Below are positions 14,062 through 30,106 of a stretch of 64,000 nt of DNA, piece after piece. Every line of letters begins with the position of its first letter. Positions within the stretch are counted from its first letter, which is position 1. Source of the stretch: Eledone cirrhosa (lineage: Eukaryota); the NCBI GenBank assembly GCA_964016885.1, contig OZ024748.1, positions 47,244,001 through 47,308,000 of the forward strand. Direction: 5' to 3'. Under the pieces are notes generated by a model. That model worked only from the letters and a program-made list of their open reading frames with translations. It did no database searches and had not been told where the DNA came from. The position numbers were made by a program, and so were the translations under genes.

Positions 14062-14819
14062 TATATATATATACATATACATATGTAGTTAATAAATGAA
14101 ACAAAACAAATCACAGGAAGAAAATTACAGTTATATTAGGATAAAGAGAGATGGGGGGAGAGAGACATACTGACACACACACACACGTATACATATATAT
14201 ATGTGTTTGTGTGTGTTTGTGTGTGTGTGTGGGTATGTTTGGCGGGGTGATTTTGTGTGTGTATTTCTGTTTGTAAGTGTGTAAGGTAAGAAAATAAAGA
14301 AGCCTGCGTATGTATAGATGCAACTATGGATATGTATATTTATATTTATAGGCATACATACATACATACATACATACATACATACATACATACATACATA
14401 CATACATACATGATGATGGCTACACCTTCTTATCGAATATTGCCATTGCACGATAATAAAAAAAATACATATATATATGTATAGATATACACACACACAC
14501 ACATACATACACACATATATATATATACATATATATACATATATACATTCATACTTACATACATAGACAAATACATACATACAGAAAATGAAATCTCATC
14601 TCATATCTTTGCTCTCCCTGGAAGTGGTTTTGTCTTCAGAGCGAACAAGAAGATCAGTCGAAAGGATATCATATTAAAATCGATCACCATGGAACATTCG
14701 CAGACCAGACCAGACTGAACTAAATTAAACACACACAAGTGTAAAATTATTTGTTTACCAAGTTATAAATCATAACAATATTTCGTAAAACTCGGAGAAA
14801 TCTGCGTGGAAAAGAATCA

Positions 14820-14909
<90 letters not shown>

Positions 14910-15118
14910 CTCTCTCGCTCTTGCTCTCTCTGAGAGTCCATCTGTCTCTCACAAACTCCCCCTTTCTCTATTACTTGATCTCCATCGGTTGGTTTATCTC
15001 TCTATCTACCTCATTCTATCTGCCCCTCGCCTTCCCAAACTCTGATTAAATTCTACTCATAAATTTTATAATAATCAAAACATATCAGCGCAAATGGCAA
15101 CACACGCACACGCACACG

Positions 15119-15161
<43 letters not shown>

Positions 15162-15236
15162 AAGTGTGTGTGTGTATGATTGTATATATGTACGAATTAA
15201 TTAATATATATATATATATATAACTATCTATAACTA

Positions 15237-15354
<118 letters not shown>

Positions 15355-15536
15355 CGTGTGTGTGTGTAATTGGTGTGGGATGCTTAAAGCATCCGTATGC
15401 GGTAGGCCGTTTGAGCATACGATGCTCTTACAGAGCAGAGTATAATATCACATAAGACACGGAGAAACAGTGGTGCAACGAATAAAATTTATTAGACATA
15501 TTTTATTCGTCGCACCACTGACTCTCCGTTTCTTAT

Positions 15537-15593
<57 letters not shown>

Positions 15594-16006
15594 CTTCTGG
15601 TAGCTAAGATGCGCCCATAGGCGGTCTATATATACATTTAGTAGTTCTCTTCTCACTTACAACTGCGGCGGTTAGACGTGTGTCTTTTTTCTGTCGACCA
15701 CTCAGTCTTGAACCTAAGTTCACTTATGGAGTGGTCTTGGATTTCCTTACCTTAAGTTGCTCGCACATTGCTCGGTTTGTTGTTTTATTTCGGTGGTTTT
15801 TTTTTTACTGTTTTCTCTTTTCTTTCCTATTGCTTTCCTTCTCTCCCTCCTCCGTTTTCCCAATAACGTATCCAGTTATTGACGCCCTAGGGTGAGATAT
15901 CTTGCCTTTGATGCGTAGAAACATCCGAGCTCTCCAGTAGACAACTGTTGAGGAAAACTCGCCCCCCCCCCCGTTGTTGCTTCTTTGTATTCCCACTGCA
16001 TTTTAA

Positions 16007-16074
<68 letters not shown>

Positions 16075-16084
16075 GTACATATAC

Positions 16085-16158
<74 letters not shown>

Positions 16159-16220
16159 GTAGAACTCTGGAAGGTAATATCAGTAATGGTAGAGCACTCA
16201 GTCCATGGGACGAGTTAGGA

Positions 16221-17232
16221 CTTAGGATAACAGTAGCTAGCAACCTCGCTAGCGTAGATTTCTTAGACATTAATTTAGACCTTCGCACACACGCCTACAG
16301 ACCCTTCCATAAGCTTAATGAAAAACTCAATTACGTTCACAAGGGCTCATGCGACCCTCCCACTATTTTTAGAAACTTCGTAAATAATATCAGTACTAGT
16401 TTCACAAACCTCTCCTCTAATAAGGCTATCTTTGACAGAGCGGCACCCTACTATAACACGGCGTTAGCTAACAGCGGCTTCTTGCAACCGATAACTTACT
16501 CTCCCACTAACAACAACAGCAATAAAAAAACAAAGCGTAACAAAAGACAAACTATCTGGTTCTCTCCTCCCTTCTCACTCAACGTTAAAACCAATGTAGG
16601 CAAAAAATATCTAGCCATCTTAGATTGACACCTTCCCATAGGTCATAAATACCGCTCCATCTTTAACCGACACAAAGTAAATCTAGGATACTCCTGCGCT
16701 AAGAACATGAAGGCCCACATCATCAACAGCCCTAAGAGAAACACCCCACCAGGGATCTTGCCGTAAGCCCGAAGCTTGTGCCCTTCAACGGCAATGCAAC
16801 ATACCTGCTGTAGTTTATGAAGCTGTGGTCACTTCCAACCGACCAAATCAACCAGAGGAAGTCAAATCCTATGTGGTTATGGCGGAGGGCCGATTTAAAG
16901 AACGCTTCCTGAATCACCAGTCGACCTTTAGGTACCCGGAAAGACGTTCATCCACGAGACTCGCGAGCCACGTATGGTCCCTCAAGGACTCAAGTATAGA
17001 CTACTCCATTCAATGGAAAGCCATCACTAAGTCCAAGCCATACGCAAGGGGCAATCCAACGTGTGGACTATGTATTGATGAACGAATAAATATTCTAAAG
17101 AGATTACGCAATAACGATTGCCTAAACTCAAGAAATGCATTCTTCACACAATGTCCACACGGCTGGAAACACTTACATAACTACAAAGCTCCGATTGAAT
17201 TACAACAACATCCTAATGTTCTTATCAACTAG
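16221..17232 (+). pseudogene. Penelope-like RT thumb, linker and GIY-YIG endonuclease, disrupted
   Basis: [41 protein letters not shown], then an in-frame TGA at 16626-16628 followed by HLP..HK..IFNR..V..GYSC. Frameshift near 16740, then CRKPEAC..C..VVYEA..YVV..EGRFKERF.NH..CGLC.DE..LNSR..CPH. Confidence 0.87.
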
Positions 17233-17360
17233 AAACTTTCGGACTTTCGCGGTTATCTCCCTTACACCTCTCGCACACAATTTAGTATTGCCTGAGTGAA
17301 GTGACCGTTTCTGCGCATGCGCCTTCGTACGGTTGGCGTTCTTGTTCCGTATAACCATGT

Positions 17361-17410
17361 CCATTACGAGCAGAGGATCCGCTAAGGTGAAACAATTGTT
17401 CTCGGTATGG
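17361..17410 (+). ncRNA. Hammerhead in the Penelope 3' UTR (core mutated to CAGAGGA)
   Basis: ccattacgag CAGAGGA tcc gctaa ggt GAAA caattG TT ctcggtatgg, with palindromic stem III. Confidence 0.7.
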
Positions 17411-17432
17411 TCAACTAACTGTTGTGTAAGCA

Positions 17433-17598
<166 letters not shown>

Positions 17599-17601
17599 AA
17601 T

Positions 17602-17790
<189 letters not shown>

Positions 17791-18236
17791 TAGAAATTAT
17801 ACAAACACAGTGATCCACAAACATAAAGTCTTATTAGGATCACGCCCAGGTAGATGTAGAAGAGGGTTCGGTGATTTGGGCAGAAGTCCATAGCCAGAAA
17901 ATGGAGAGTTCAGTCAGAAAGTAAGAGTGAGTACAGGTAGACACATCAGAAATTGTTTTCCAATTCCGCCCCGCCTCTCGTTGCAATATATTTTATTTCT
18001 CATTCTTTCTTCTGATAAAGGATTATCGTCCGAAACCTTAAAACACTCTTCATGCTATTTCAAGCGTTAATCTAATATTTTCCTTCCATATACTGTACCG
18101 ATTGTGTTGTTATTTCTGTTTACATTTTACACACACACTCATATCTATATATATATATATATACATTATGAAGAGAGAAGAAACATTTAGATATAATTAG
18201 TAATAAAATGTATCATACCTAAACTGCTCCTAAATT

Positions 18237-18324
18237 CCTCGACTACGTAGTTTCGTGGCATAAACAAAAACAATATATCATAAAGATATAGAGTCCCTGC
18301 GAGGTCTGCCGACTTATCAAGAGG
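18237..18324 (-). ncRNA. Degenerate hammerhead
   Basis: cctc TTGATAA gtcggca..tgccac GAAA ctacgtaG TC gagg. Palindromic stem III, two core substitutions. Other degenerate motifs at 18012-18042 (+) and 18784-18845 (+). Confidence 0.5.
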
Positions 18325-18490
18325 ATACCTCATTTTACTAGTCTCAAGAACGCGTCTACACGACGTGAGAAAGAATCCCAAAAGGCGGAGGGGGAGATAG
18401 TCACGCGATATAACGGTCGAGAAACAGAGCTAAGCCTCTTATAACCACGAAGAAAATACCACGGAGGCGGAGGGGGTATTCATATCGAGG

Positions 18491-18609
<119 letters not shown>

Positions 18610-18975
18610 ATATATATATATATAGCTATGTGTGTGTGTTTGCGTTTGTGTAATCCCACTGTGTATATACGATATATATATAAGCAAGGACTTATCGTTT
18701 TAAGTTCTGTTTGAATATTCAAACAGAACTTAAAACGATAAGTTCTTGTTTTGAATATGTCACTATCTGTAAAACAACTTTTATATTTTATCTGATGAGG
18801 GCGTACCAAAAATGTTGGTACCCTTAAAATATATATAATAAAATAAATATGGTTTTATAAAGATAGTCTCCACTTATTAATATTATTGATATCATACTCC
18901 AGAAGAAAAATGTAGAGTGCTTCTAATCCTTAATAAACTAAATTTGTTGAATAACCAACAAATTAAATACCTCAT

Positions 18976-19033
<58 letters not shown>

Positions 19034-19124
19034 ATGAGGTATTTAATTTGTTGGTTATTCAAAAAATTTAGTTTATTAAGGATTAGATGCACTCTACAAA
19101 TATATACACGCACACACACACACA

Positions 19125-19166
<42 letters not shown>

Positions 19167-19647
19167 TGTAAACAACTGATATAGTGTGATAGACAGTTAG
19201 AAATCGATATTCCATCTTATACGCAGGCGAGAGGTCAGCTCTGTTGTGTTGTGTTCCTGAAAATCTGATTGTATCTACAACAATTCACCTTAGCTGACTG
19301 TAACTATTTACGTTCTTATGTTTTCACAGAGGGGAAGGCGACCTGTGTGGCTTCAGGGCTTGTAAGGAGAAGCTTTCGTGAGAAATAGGAAGGTTTATAA
19401 TAGATGGAGGAAGTTTCTGGTACTTGAGTTTCCTTATAAAATGTGATTGGGTGGTGGATCTTTCCCCAAATTTGACCCAAAGTAAGTTACTATAAGTCCT
19501 AACATCATTATATCCTATAGAACATTACTTTAGAAACATTTCAGTAAGGAATTAGTTTGATTTCGGCAGGGATCAGTGTCATATTCTGATGAATTTTAAG
19601 TAGGTGTATGTTTTTCGTTTTGTATTATCTTCTTTCTAATAGCTTGA

Positions 19648-19900
19648 GGTGGAGGCACTTGGCCTAGTGGTAATGTCGTGCGTTCGATTCCTGGGTTGTG
19701 TGTTGTGTTCTTGAGCAAATCACATCATTTCATGTTGCACTAGTATACTCAGATGAAAATGAGTACCAGTAATAGCTGGAGGTTTAAGCTTTCGATGGAC
19801 TGGCGTCCTGTCCAGTGGGAAAGTCTTGTACTCTCAGTTGATTCACGCCATAAAACCGGGATAAGCACCGGCCAAATGAGCGTTCTCGCTTAAGACAGAC
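19648..19900 (+). mobile_element. Second tRNA-derived SINE family
   Basis: tggcctagtggt and gttcgattcc boxes, then tgtgttcttgagcaa..catttcatgttg and gatggactggcgtcctgtccag blocks. Minus-strand heads at 22955-23075 and 28418-28520. Confidence 0.7.
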
Positions 19901-20276
19901 TTTAGACATATAGAATAGCTTGAAATGCTAGAAGCAATATTGTCTCAGCAAAGGTAAGTCAGCTTAATATTCTCCAATTGAAAAGGTTATTGAATTTTAT
20001 TAGGCTGTGGATGTGTTGATTAATTAGCGTCGGAATGTTCCTAATTATGGTAATAGAGGCATGTTAGACTTCTTGAATGTATTAGTAATGCGCATAGATA
20101 GTTTGATGTGTGTGGTGGTGATATTCTCAAACGTATCGATATATTTCGCCTCTTGTGTTTGTCTGTGTGTGCTTTACAAGCACATATAAGGTATTAACGC
20201 CAGATAAACGATATAAAGGGATTGTATATATATTTCTATGGATAAATGTTTGTATGCTTATATATATATATATATG

Positions 20277-20357
<81 letters not shown>

Positions 20358-21005
20358 TTTAGTACAACATTAACGAAGGTATGGGCTGCGGCTAAGCTAA
20401 CGAATGCAGATTCGGAATGTAGATTTAGCACTCGATGGGGAATAATACCCCAAAGTTATAACAATACGTTTAGACAGCTTTGCAAAGCAAATATAGCGAC
20501 CGGCAGTCCAGCCGCATTGCCATAGCAGCGAAAAAAACTGTACTCAGGGAAAGATTTTGACTGACCTGGACCATCACGCGGAGTTCGAATGCAACACATA
20601 ACGCATATCGTATAGCATACGATATACATCACATATAACATACAACATCCACGCTAGGTTTCTGTAAATCCGAGATCGACTAATTCCGCTTGCAGGGGTC
20701 TGCAAGTTAATGGTCTTTGACGACAGAACAAAGGATTTGCTTCGTCAACAAGTCTTGCGTTCTATAGCCTCGACGGGTGTGTTTTCTAGCAGTAAATTTC
20801 GCTATAGACACGTGGTTTTCTTAGAGGGAGGTAACCCCGTTTTGGCGGTGAGTTCGAAATTTGGGACAAAGGAATGAAATATATATATATAAATGGAAAA
20901 AAATGTCATTTCTCACTCTTAGTACAGCTGATACTTAAATATAAGTATGTAAACGTACATACATATATGTATACAGACGTACAGTAGTATGTATATACAT
21001 ACATG

Positions 21006-21099
<94 letters not shown>

Positions 21100-21545
21100 T
21101 ATACGTATGGGTTTTCCATTTTTCCATTTTTTTTTTCATTTATTGTTTTCGTTACGCCTGGCCGACTAACTCACTCGATGTGCAAATTAGGCGTCTCAGC
21201 CGTTAATATGCATAAGGTAAGTATATACGTTCAAACGTTCAATCAATTGACAGGAAGGTATACGGTGCTGATGACAGCTAATAAGCTAGAAACTAGTTCA
21301 TCGTTCCTTTGTCAGTGTTGAATAAAATGGCAACGATGGTTGCCGAACACTGTACGGCTAATAATTCTGGCTGTTTGTTTACAAATAAACCGAGCATTAT
21401 AATAAATGTTGGGTAAACCCATACGTACATATATATATATATATATGTGTGTGCATGTATGTATATACATACTACTGTACGTCTGTATACATATATGTAT
21501 GTACGTATACATATTTATATTTATATATCTATATATATATATATC

Positions 21546-21667
<122 letters not shown>

Positions 21668-21857
21668 GTACATAGAGAGATAGATTAGATAGATTGAATC
21701 CTATATAATTAGAGGTGAATTGTTGCATTCAGAACACATAAATTTTCTGATTTTTTATAATACAATAAATTTCAGTTTTCCTCGCAGTACGTCCGGAAGC
21801 AAACAATATATTTTTATTGGGAAATTTATAATACAACACTCGGTAAACACATTCACG

Positions 21858-21955
<98 letters not shown>

Positions 21956-22208
21956 GATGTAGGCATACATATATATGTACATATGTATGAGTTTGTGTAT
22001 ATATATATTATATTTTATGTGGATAAGTGTATGTAAAGTATAACAATATATAATATATTTGATTAATGTTTTATAATATATACATACATTATAGTCTATT
22101 AACTTAATCCTGCAGAACATATTTCTATATACATGCATCCTCAATTAATTCATATTCACAATTTGTATATGTTTACTTATATATAGGTATACTTATATAT
22201 ATATATAG

Positions 22209-22245
<37 letters not shown>

Positions 22246-22267
22246 CAATATATGTAGATTATATATA

Positions 22268-22330
<63 letters not shown>

Positions 22331-22611
22331 ATATATATATATATATATTATATATATATATATATAAATATATATATATGTTATAAAGGAGAAAGAGAAA
22401 CAGAAACAGGCAAAGATGGCGGCCAACATAAATCTGTAAAAGTGTCATGCTTAGATGAGAATATTTTGTATAAAGAAATATTAGAGGTGTAAGGAATAAG
22501 AGCTATTTTATTTGGCATATATTGCATATAAATTATAAGGCGCACTAGTTTACATCTATAATATATATATATATATATATACAGAGAAAGAGAGAGAGGG
22601 AGAGTGAGAGA

Positions 22612-22688
<77 letters not shown>

Positions 22689-22759
22689 TGAAAAGCCTGC
22701 AGTGCTGAGAACAAGCTGACCATCAGCATTTTACCTATCATATATTTTTCTTTCTCCCA

Positions 22760-22845
<86 letters not shown>

Positions 22846-23077
22846 TTATATATATAGAGTCGATCGACTTTCGTCAGATTGGACCGAGGAAAAAAAATGT
22901 TTCCGTTGGTCTTTCCAATTGCTAATACTCTCTATCGGTCGCAACTCCAGGTAGAAGGAGCAACGTGAAATGAAGTGTCTTGCTCAAGGACATAACGCAT
23001 CGCCTGGTCCAGGAATCGAACTTACAACCTCACGATTTCGTATCCAGTTCACTAACCAATTAGCTACGCGCCTATCT

Positions 23078-23108
<31 letters not shown>

Positions 23109-23226
23109 CACACACACAGCTACGCGCCTATCTATACACACACACACACACACACACATACATACATAGCTACGCGCCTATCTACACACACACACACCCA
23201 CACACATACATACATAGCTACGCGCC

Positions 23227-23371
<145 letters not shown>

Positions 23372-23541
23372 CTAGAGATTGATTAACATATAAAAATACA
23401 TGAATAATCACAGGAGATATTTTTTGCTTGCGTGTAACCGCGCACAGCTAGTTTAGGCATATTTATATATATATATATACATATGTATATATATCTGTGT
23501 ATGTGTGTGTAGATATAGATATATTTATACATATTTAGGCA

Positions 23542-23599
<58 letters not shown>

Positions 23600-24184
23600 T
23601 ATGTATATATGTGTGTATGTGTGTATGTGTGTATGTGTGTGTAGATATAGATATATTTATACATACACTCTGTATATTATAAGGTGATACAGAGGGCAAA
23701 AAGTCATCAATTCATCTTAATAAAATGCAATACATTTCATACGGAGTCACCGAGTGTAGAATAAATTGCTAGACTGGTTTCTTTCATTCTTTAGGTTTCA
23801 TCAGCCAATCTTTATTGCTATATAGAGCTATTATTATTTAACGGTTTATTAAATCGGTTTCACCGGTTTGCATTTTACGAGCAATATTTAAACTTTATTT
23901 ATATATTATTGACGTTGTATTTGTGTTCGATTTTTTATGTCATAATGCACCAGCAAATGAATTCATATATTCAAATTAAAATGCATAAATAGAGATATGT
24001 ATGTATATGTGTATATATGTATATGTTTATATAATAAACACGATACTGTCTGGTCTGAATATTGTATAAAAATATTGATACGAACGAACAAGCGCACAAT
24101 CTTTGCCACACCCCATCTACCCTTCACAAACACACTCACACAAATGTATGTACTGGAGATTTATATAGCTTTGTATATAAATTG

Positions 24185-24253
<69 letters not shown>

Positions 24254-24347
24254 AATAAGGGCGCTGCGGAGTTGCAAATGGGTGACATATGAAAAAAGTG
24301 TCCTTCATCACTGATGAAGGACAAACTTTTTTCATATATATAAATAT

Positions 24348-24382
<35 letters not shown>

Positions 24383-24383
24383 A

Positions 24384-24436
<53 letters not shown>

Positions 24437-24527
24437 AATATATATATAAATATATATATATTTATAAATATATATATATATATATATAAATATATATATA
24501 AATATATATATATTTATAAATATATAT

Positions 24528-25078
<551 letters not shown>

Positions 25079-25101
25079 ATTATATATATATATATATATA
25101 A

Positions 25102-25294
25102 ATAGGAACAAGTAAGACCCCGACGGCTGAGCTCAAGCCGTTTCGACGGCTAATTCTGTACAGAATTAGCCGTCGAAACGGCTTGAACTCAGCCGTCGGG
25201 GTCTTACTTGTTCCTATTACCCACTCTACTACCCTAAGTATTGAGTACTTAGGTGCGTTATGGTCCACCTGGTTCCTTACCACATTTCCTTCGT
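25102..25294 (+). mobile_element. Major-family foldback fragment in (TA)n
   Basis: Junction gacggctaattctgtacagaattagccgtc. Confidence 0.82.
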
Positions 25295-25325
25295 TATATA
25301 TATAAATATATATATATATATAAAT

Positions 25326-25425
<100 letters not shown>

Positions 25426-25887
25426 TATATACATAGATAAAAACATAAATATATACCTACATACATACATGCACACATACATTTATATATACATAAATAT
25501 ATTAATCGTAAACATCTATGATATAACAGGTCTATTCATAGGAATATTGGTAAAATATAAAATGTAACAGACTTTCTAACTGTTTCCATTGTCGTAGAAT
25601 AATATTTTCTAAAAGTATTAAAGTATTTTCATTCAAAATCTTACGAATATCTCCGTTGGAAGCAAGCTGAAGACGTAAACGTACGTTTGGTATTGAGAGT
25701 AACCGTAGAACTGGCGACCTTTTACTATTGATTGACAGACTTGGAGCAGCAATTATAGGTGGAATCCTGTTGACATTTAATGTCACCAAACACTGGTGTC
25801 TTAGCATTAAACCAGCAGAATGGCAATTATAGAATTCTTGCTGGAATAAAATACGCCGTATTATATATAGAATGCAATTATATGCAA

Positions 25888-25924
<37 letters not shown>

Positions 25925-26229
25925 GGAGGTGAGTTTTATTGTAGTACAATAAAGCAATGCAGATATCGGATAAGAAGCACTCTACAGTTTGTAGGACTGG
26001 AGTATACATAATATATAAGATCAAAAGATGGTTAAAGGAGTTCCATGTATTTTATTATGCGCATATGATATGTTGATTTAATACTGCACTATCCACAAGT
26101 GTTTTTTAGCCTTCATATCATGTTCTCCTGTTTTATCTGATGAAAACACAAATATTATTGCATGATGATGTTTGTTTTTGAAATGCGCATAATAAAATAC
26201 ATGGAACTCCTTTAACCATCTTTTGATCT

Positions 26230-26284
<55 letters not shown>

Positions 26285-26295
26285 ATATATAAATA

Positions 26296-26420
26296 CGCTA
26301 AGGTGAAACAATTGTTCTCAGTATGGTGAACTAACTGTTGTGTAACCAATTCTACCTAACTCGTGCCATGGATTGAGTGCTCTACCACTACGAATATTAC
26401 CTTCCAGTGTTCTACCACTA
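26296..26420 (+). mobile_element. Short 3'-terminal fragment of the same Penelope-like family
   Basis: Matches 17380-17430 (cgctaaggtgaaacaattgttctc..) and continues into the sequence that is inverted at 16155-16220. Flanked by TA repeats. Confidence 0.8.
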
Positions 26421-26518
26421 TATATATATATATATATATACATATTGTTATACTTTGGGAGGGTCATGTTGCCAATAAGAAACACACGCACCAGTTGCTT
26501 TCACTTCAATTTATTATA

Positions 26519-26708
26519 GGGTGGTGGATTGGCAGTATCGGTAGAGGGTCGGACGCCATGCTTTCCAGCATAGTTACGTCCCTTTACGATCTGAGTTCAA
26601 ATCCCGCCGAGGTTGACTTTGCCTTTCATCCTTACGGGGTCGATAAAATAAAGTACCAGTAATGCACTGGGTAATTGCTGGCCTTGTTCCTAAAGTAGAA
26701 ACAATTAT
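26519..26708 (+). mobile_element. tRNA-derived SINE, full length
   Basis: A-box-like tggcagtatcggt and B-box gagttcaaatcc. Central gactttgcctttcatccttacggggtcgataaaataaagtacc block, which is Meta-SINE-like from memory, and an aatt-rich tail. Confidence 0.85.
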
Positions 26709-26794
26709 ATATTTATAAATTTATAAATTTACAAATCTACAAACTTATAAATTTCTGGTTGGTTGGTTCCACAACCAGATAGTTGTTTATATAT

Positions 26795-26838
26795 AGTCAT
26801 AGTCTTTCGTCACACACTCTGTGACCTCTTCAGTGACT
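26795..26838 (-). ncRNA. Minimal type I hammerhead (also 57142-57184 -, degenerate 28622-28664 +)
   Basis: agtca CTGAAGA g gtcaca gagtg tgtgac GAAA gaC TA tgact. Confidence 0.78.
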
Positions 26839-27597
26839 GGGGATTCCTTTCTTTGTTTCTGAGCCTTTCCTTTCTTCTATCCTATGTGTGACGAAAGGAC
26901 TATGACTATATATAAACAACTATCTGCTTGTGGAACCAACCAACCAACCAGAAATTTATAAGTTTGTAGATTTGTAAATTTATAAATTTATAAATATATA
27001 ATAAATTGAAGTGAAACAACTGGTGCGTGTGTTTCTTATTGGCAACATGACCCTCCCAAAGTATAACAATATCGGTTTCAACACACGATTTCACATAAAG
27101 AATCTTGCTAAACAAATTCAGAAACGAAATATATATATACAAATATATATATATATATATATATATATTTACACACACACACATATATATACATACGAAT
27201 TGATATATATATGTATGTATGCATATAGATTGATAGATACATGCATACACAAGTTCACACACGAACACTTATTTACTGATAGATATACTTGTCTATGTGT
27301 GTGTGTGTCTGTGTGTCGTAAGGTAAGGTTAATCAATATTTCACTCTGTCAATGAGACGTGTTTATAGTTTAGAATAACTTAATTTACGGACACACATAT
27401 ATATATATGTATATATATATCTATCTATATATATATCTATATATCTCTCTATATATAGAGAGAGAGAGAGGGAGAGAGAGAAGGATGTATATAAATGTAT
27501 ATATATATAGAGAGAGAGAGAGAGACAGATGTATATAAATGTGTATATATAGACACACACACAGACAGACACACACATATATATATATATAAATAAA

Positions 27598-27645
<48 letters not shown>

Positions 27646-27680
27646 AACAAATGTATATAAATGTGTACATATATATACAT

Positions 27681-28012
<332 letters not shown>

Positions 28013-28759
28013 GTTTCTACTTTAGGCACAAGGCCAGCAATTAACCAGTGCATTACTGGTATATATATATATATAATTGTTTCTACTTTAGGCACAAGGC
28101 CAGCAATTACCCAGTGCATTACTGGTACTTTATTTTATCGACCCCGTAAGGATGAAAGGCAAAGTCAACCTCGGCGGGATTTGAACTCAGATCATAAAGG
28201 GACGTAACTATGCTGGAAAGCATGGCGTCAAACCCTCTACCGATACTGCCAATATATATAATATTACTCTTTTCCTATTTTACCTGTTCCAGCCATCCAA
28301 GACCGAACAACTATATCCAACAAATAATTCGCAGACAACGAGGACTGGATCTCGTTATTAGGATCAAGGAATCAATGATTCCACTTGATCTTTCGCCCCG
28401 GTGGCAACTTCCGGTTGAAGGAGCAACGTGAAATGAAGTGTCCTGCTCTAGGACATAACGTATCGGTCGGTCCTAGAACCAATCTCACATCTTCACTTTA
28501 GTGAATCCAGTCCTCTAGCCACTAAGTCACGCGCATTCACAATACCCCCCCCCCCTCACATACACACATACACAGCTCACAAATGCAAGAAAAAAAGATG
28601 ATAAACAAAATAAAATACTTCGTCTTTGAGGAGGTCACAGATTGTGTGACGAAAAAGGTTTGACAATAAGAGAATAAACAACCATCATGCCATTAAATTA
28701 ACCAACTGGAAGTTTATAATAAATTAAAGTGTAAACCAACAGTTTCAACACACATTTAC

Positions 28760-28822
<63 letters not shown>

Positions 28823-28929
28823 GAGTTCAAATCCCGTTGAGGTTGACTTTGCCTTTCATCCTTACGGGGTCGATAAAATAAAGTACCAGTAATGAACTGG
28901 GTAATTGCTGGCCTTGTGCCTAAAGTAGA

Positions 28930-28977
<48 letters not shown>

Positions 28978-29058
28978 GTTATTCCGGGTTGAATCGGAGG
29001 TAACCACAGTAAGTATGATTTCTAAAGAATGAAACAGTTCTAGTCCTGTAGAATCTCA

Positions 29059-29142
<84 letters not shown>

Positions 29143-30073
29143 TACCTGGATGGATCTATACGTACATATATATATGTATATTCCTACTTATATATGTGCT
29201 TCATTGTATGTGCATGTGTGTCTGTGTGTGTGTGTGTGTGTGTCTGTGTGTCTTTATGTATGTGTGTGATGTGTGTGTTTGATAAAATATATCAATTATC
29301 AAAGACCTTTGATCAGTGCCTATGACATCTGATATTTCTGGAAGAGACTATCTGATATAAACTTCAATATTTGTCCTGTCTGTGGCATCACTAAACGTAT
29401 GGCGGATTGCTTTCTTTTCTCATTGTTTTTTTAGCGTTTCCTACCAGACACCCATCTTCTTTATAAAACGACTTATATAAAGATGAAATGACATATTTAC
29501 TTAAACACAAGGTCACATTTACACTCGAACAAACTCACACACCTACACACAGACTGATACTCTAATACAATGACACCCACACATACACAGGAAACCATAC
29601 AGATAGATATAGACTGACACGTGTGTGTGTGTCTGTGTATGGGTGTCTGTATGTGTACCTGTGTGTATGTGTGAGACTGTGTGTGTATGTGTGTGTCTGT
29701 GTGTGTTTTTCTGTCAGTATCTGTGTGTGTATCTCTGTGTGTATATCTCTGTGTGTATCCATGTGTGTGTCTGTGTGTGGGTGCCTGTATGTGTACTTGT
29801 GTGTATGTTTCTGTGTGAGACTGTGTGTCTGTGTGTGTCTGTGTGTGTCTGTGTGTGTCTGTGTGTGTCTGTGTGTGTTTTTCTGTCAGTATCTGTGTGT
29901 GTATCTCTGTGTGCATCCATATGTGTGTGTGTGTGTGTGTGTGTGTCTGTGTGTGGGTGCCTATGTGTGCGTAGTTGTGTGTATGTTTCTGTGTGAGACT
30001 GTGCGTGTCTGTGTTTGTGTGTGTATGTGTGTGTTTTTCTGTGTGCATCCATGTGTATGTATGTGCGCGTGTC

Positions 30074-30106
<33 letters not shown>

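Larger units (their letters stand above)
26443..27130. mobile_element. Foldback Penelope-like terminal fragment interrupted by a SINE
   Basis: 26443-26884, minus the SINE at 26519-26708, is inverted relative to 26885-27130. A related copy lies at 56928-57300. Confidence 0.75.

Noticed and set aside
16626-16628. In-frame TGA as possible selenocysteine in the Penelope ORF
   Set aside because: The position (LD*HLP) is not one where I expect Cys and is better explained by CGA-to-TGA decay. The copy also has a frameshift.
23770-23810. CTGATGA..GAAA motif on the minus strand, and a similar degenerate motif at 60938-60997
   Set aside because: The stems do not pair convincingly or the core has several substitutions, so these were not counted as ribozymes.
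26519-26610. tRNA gene
   Set aside because: The A and B boxes belong to a SINE head. There is no cloverleaf, and the SINE body follows.
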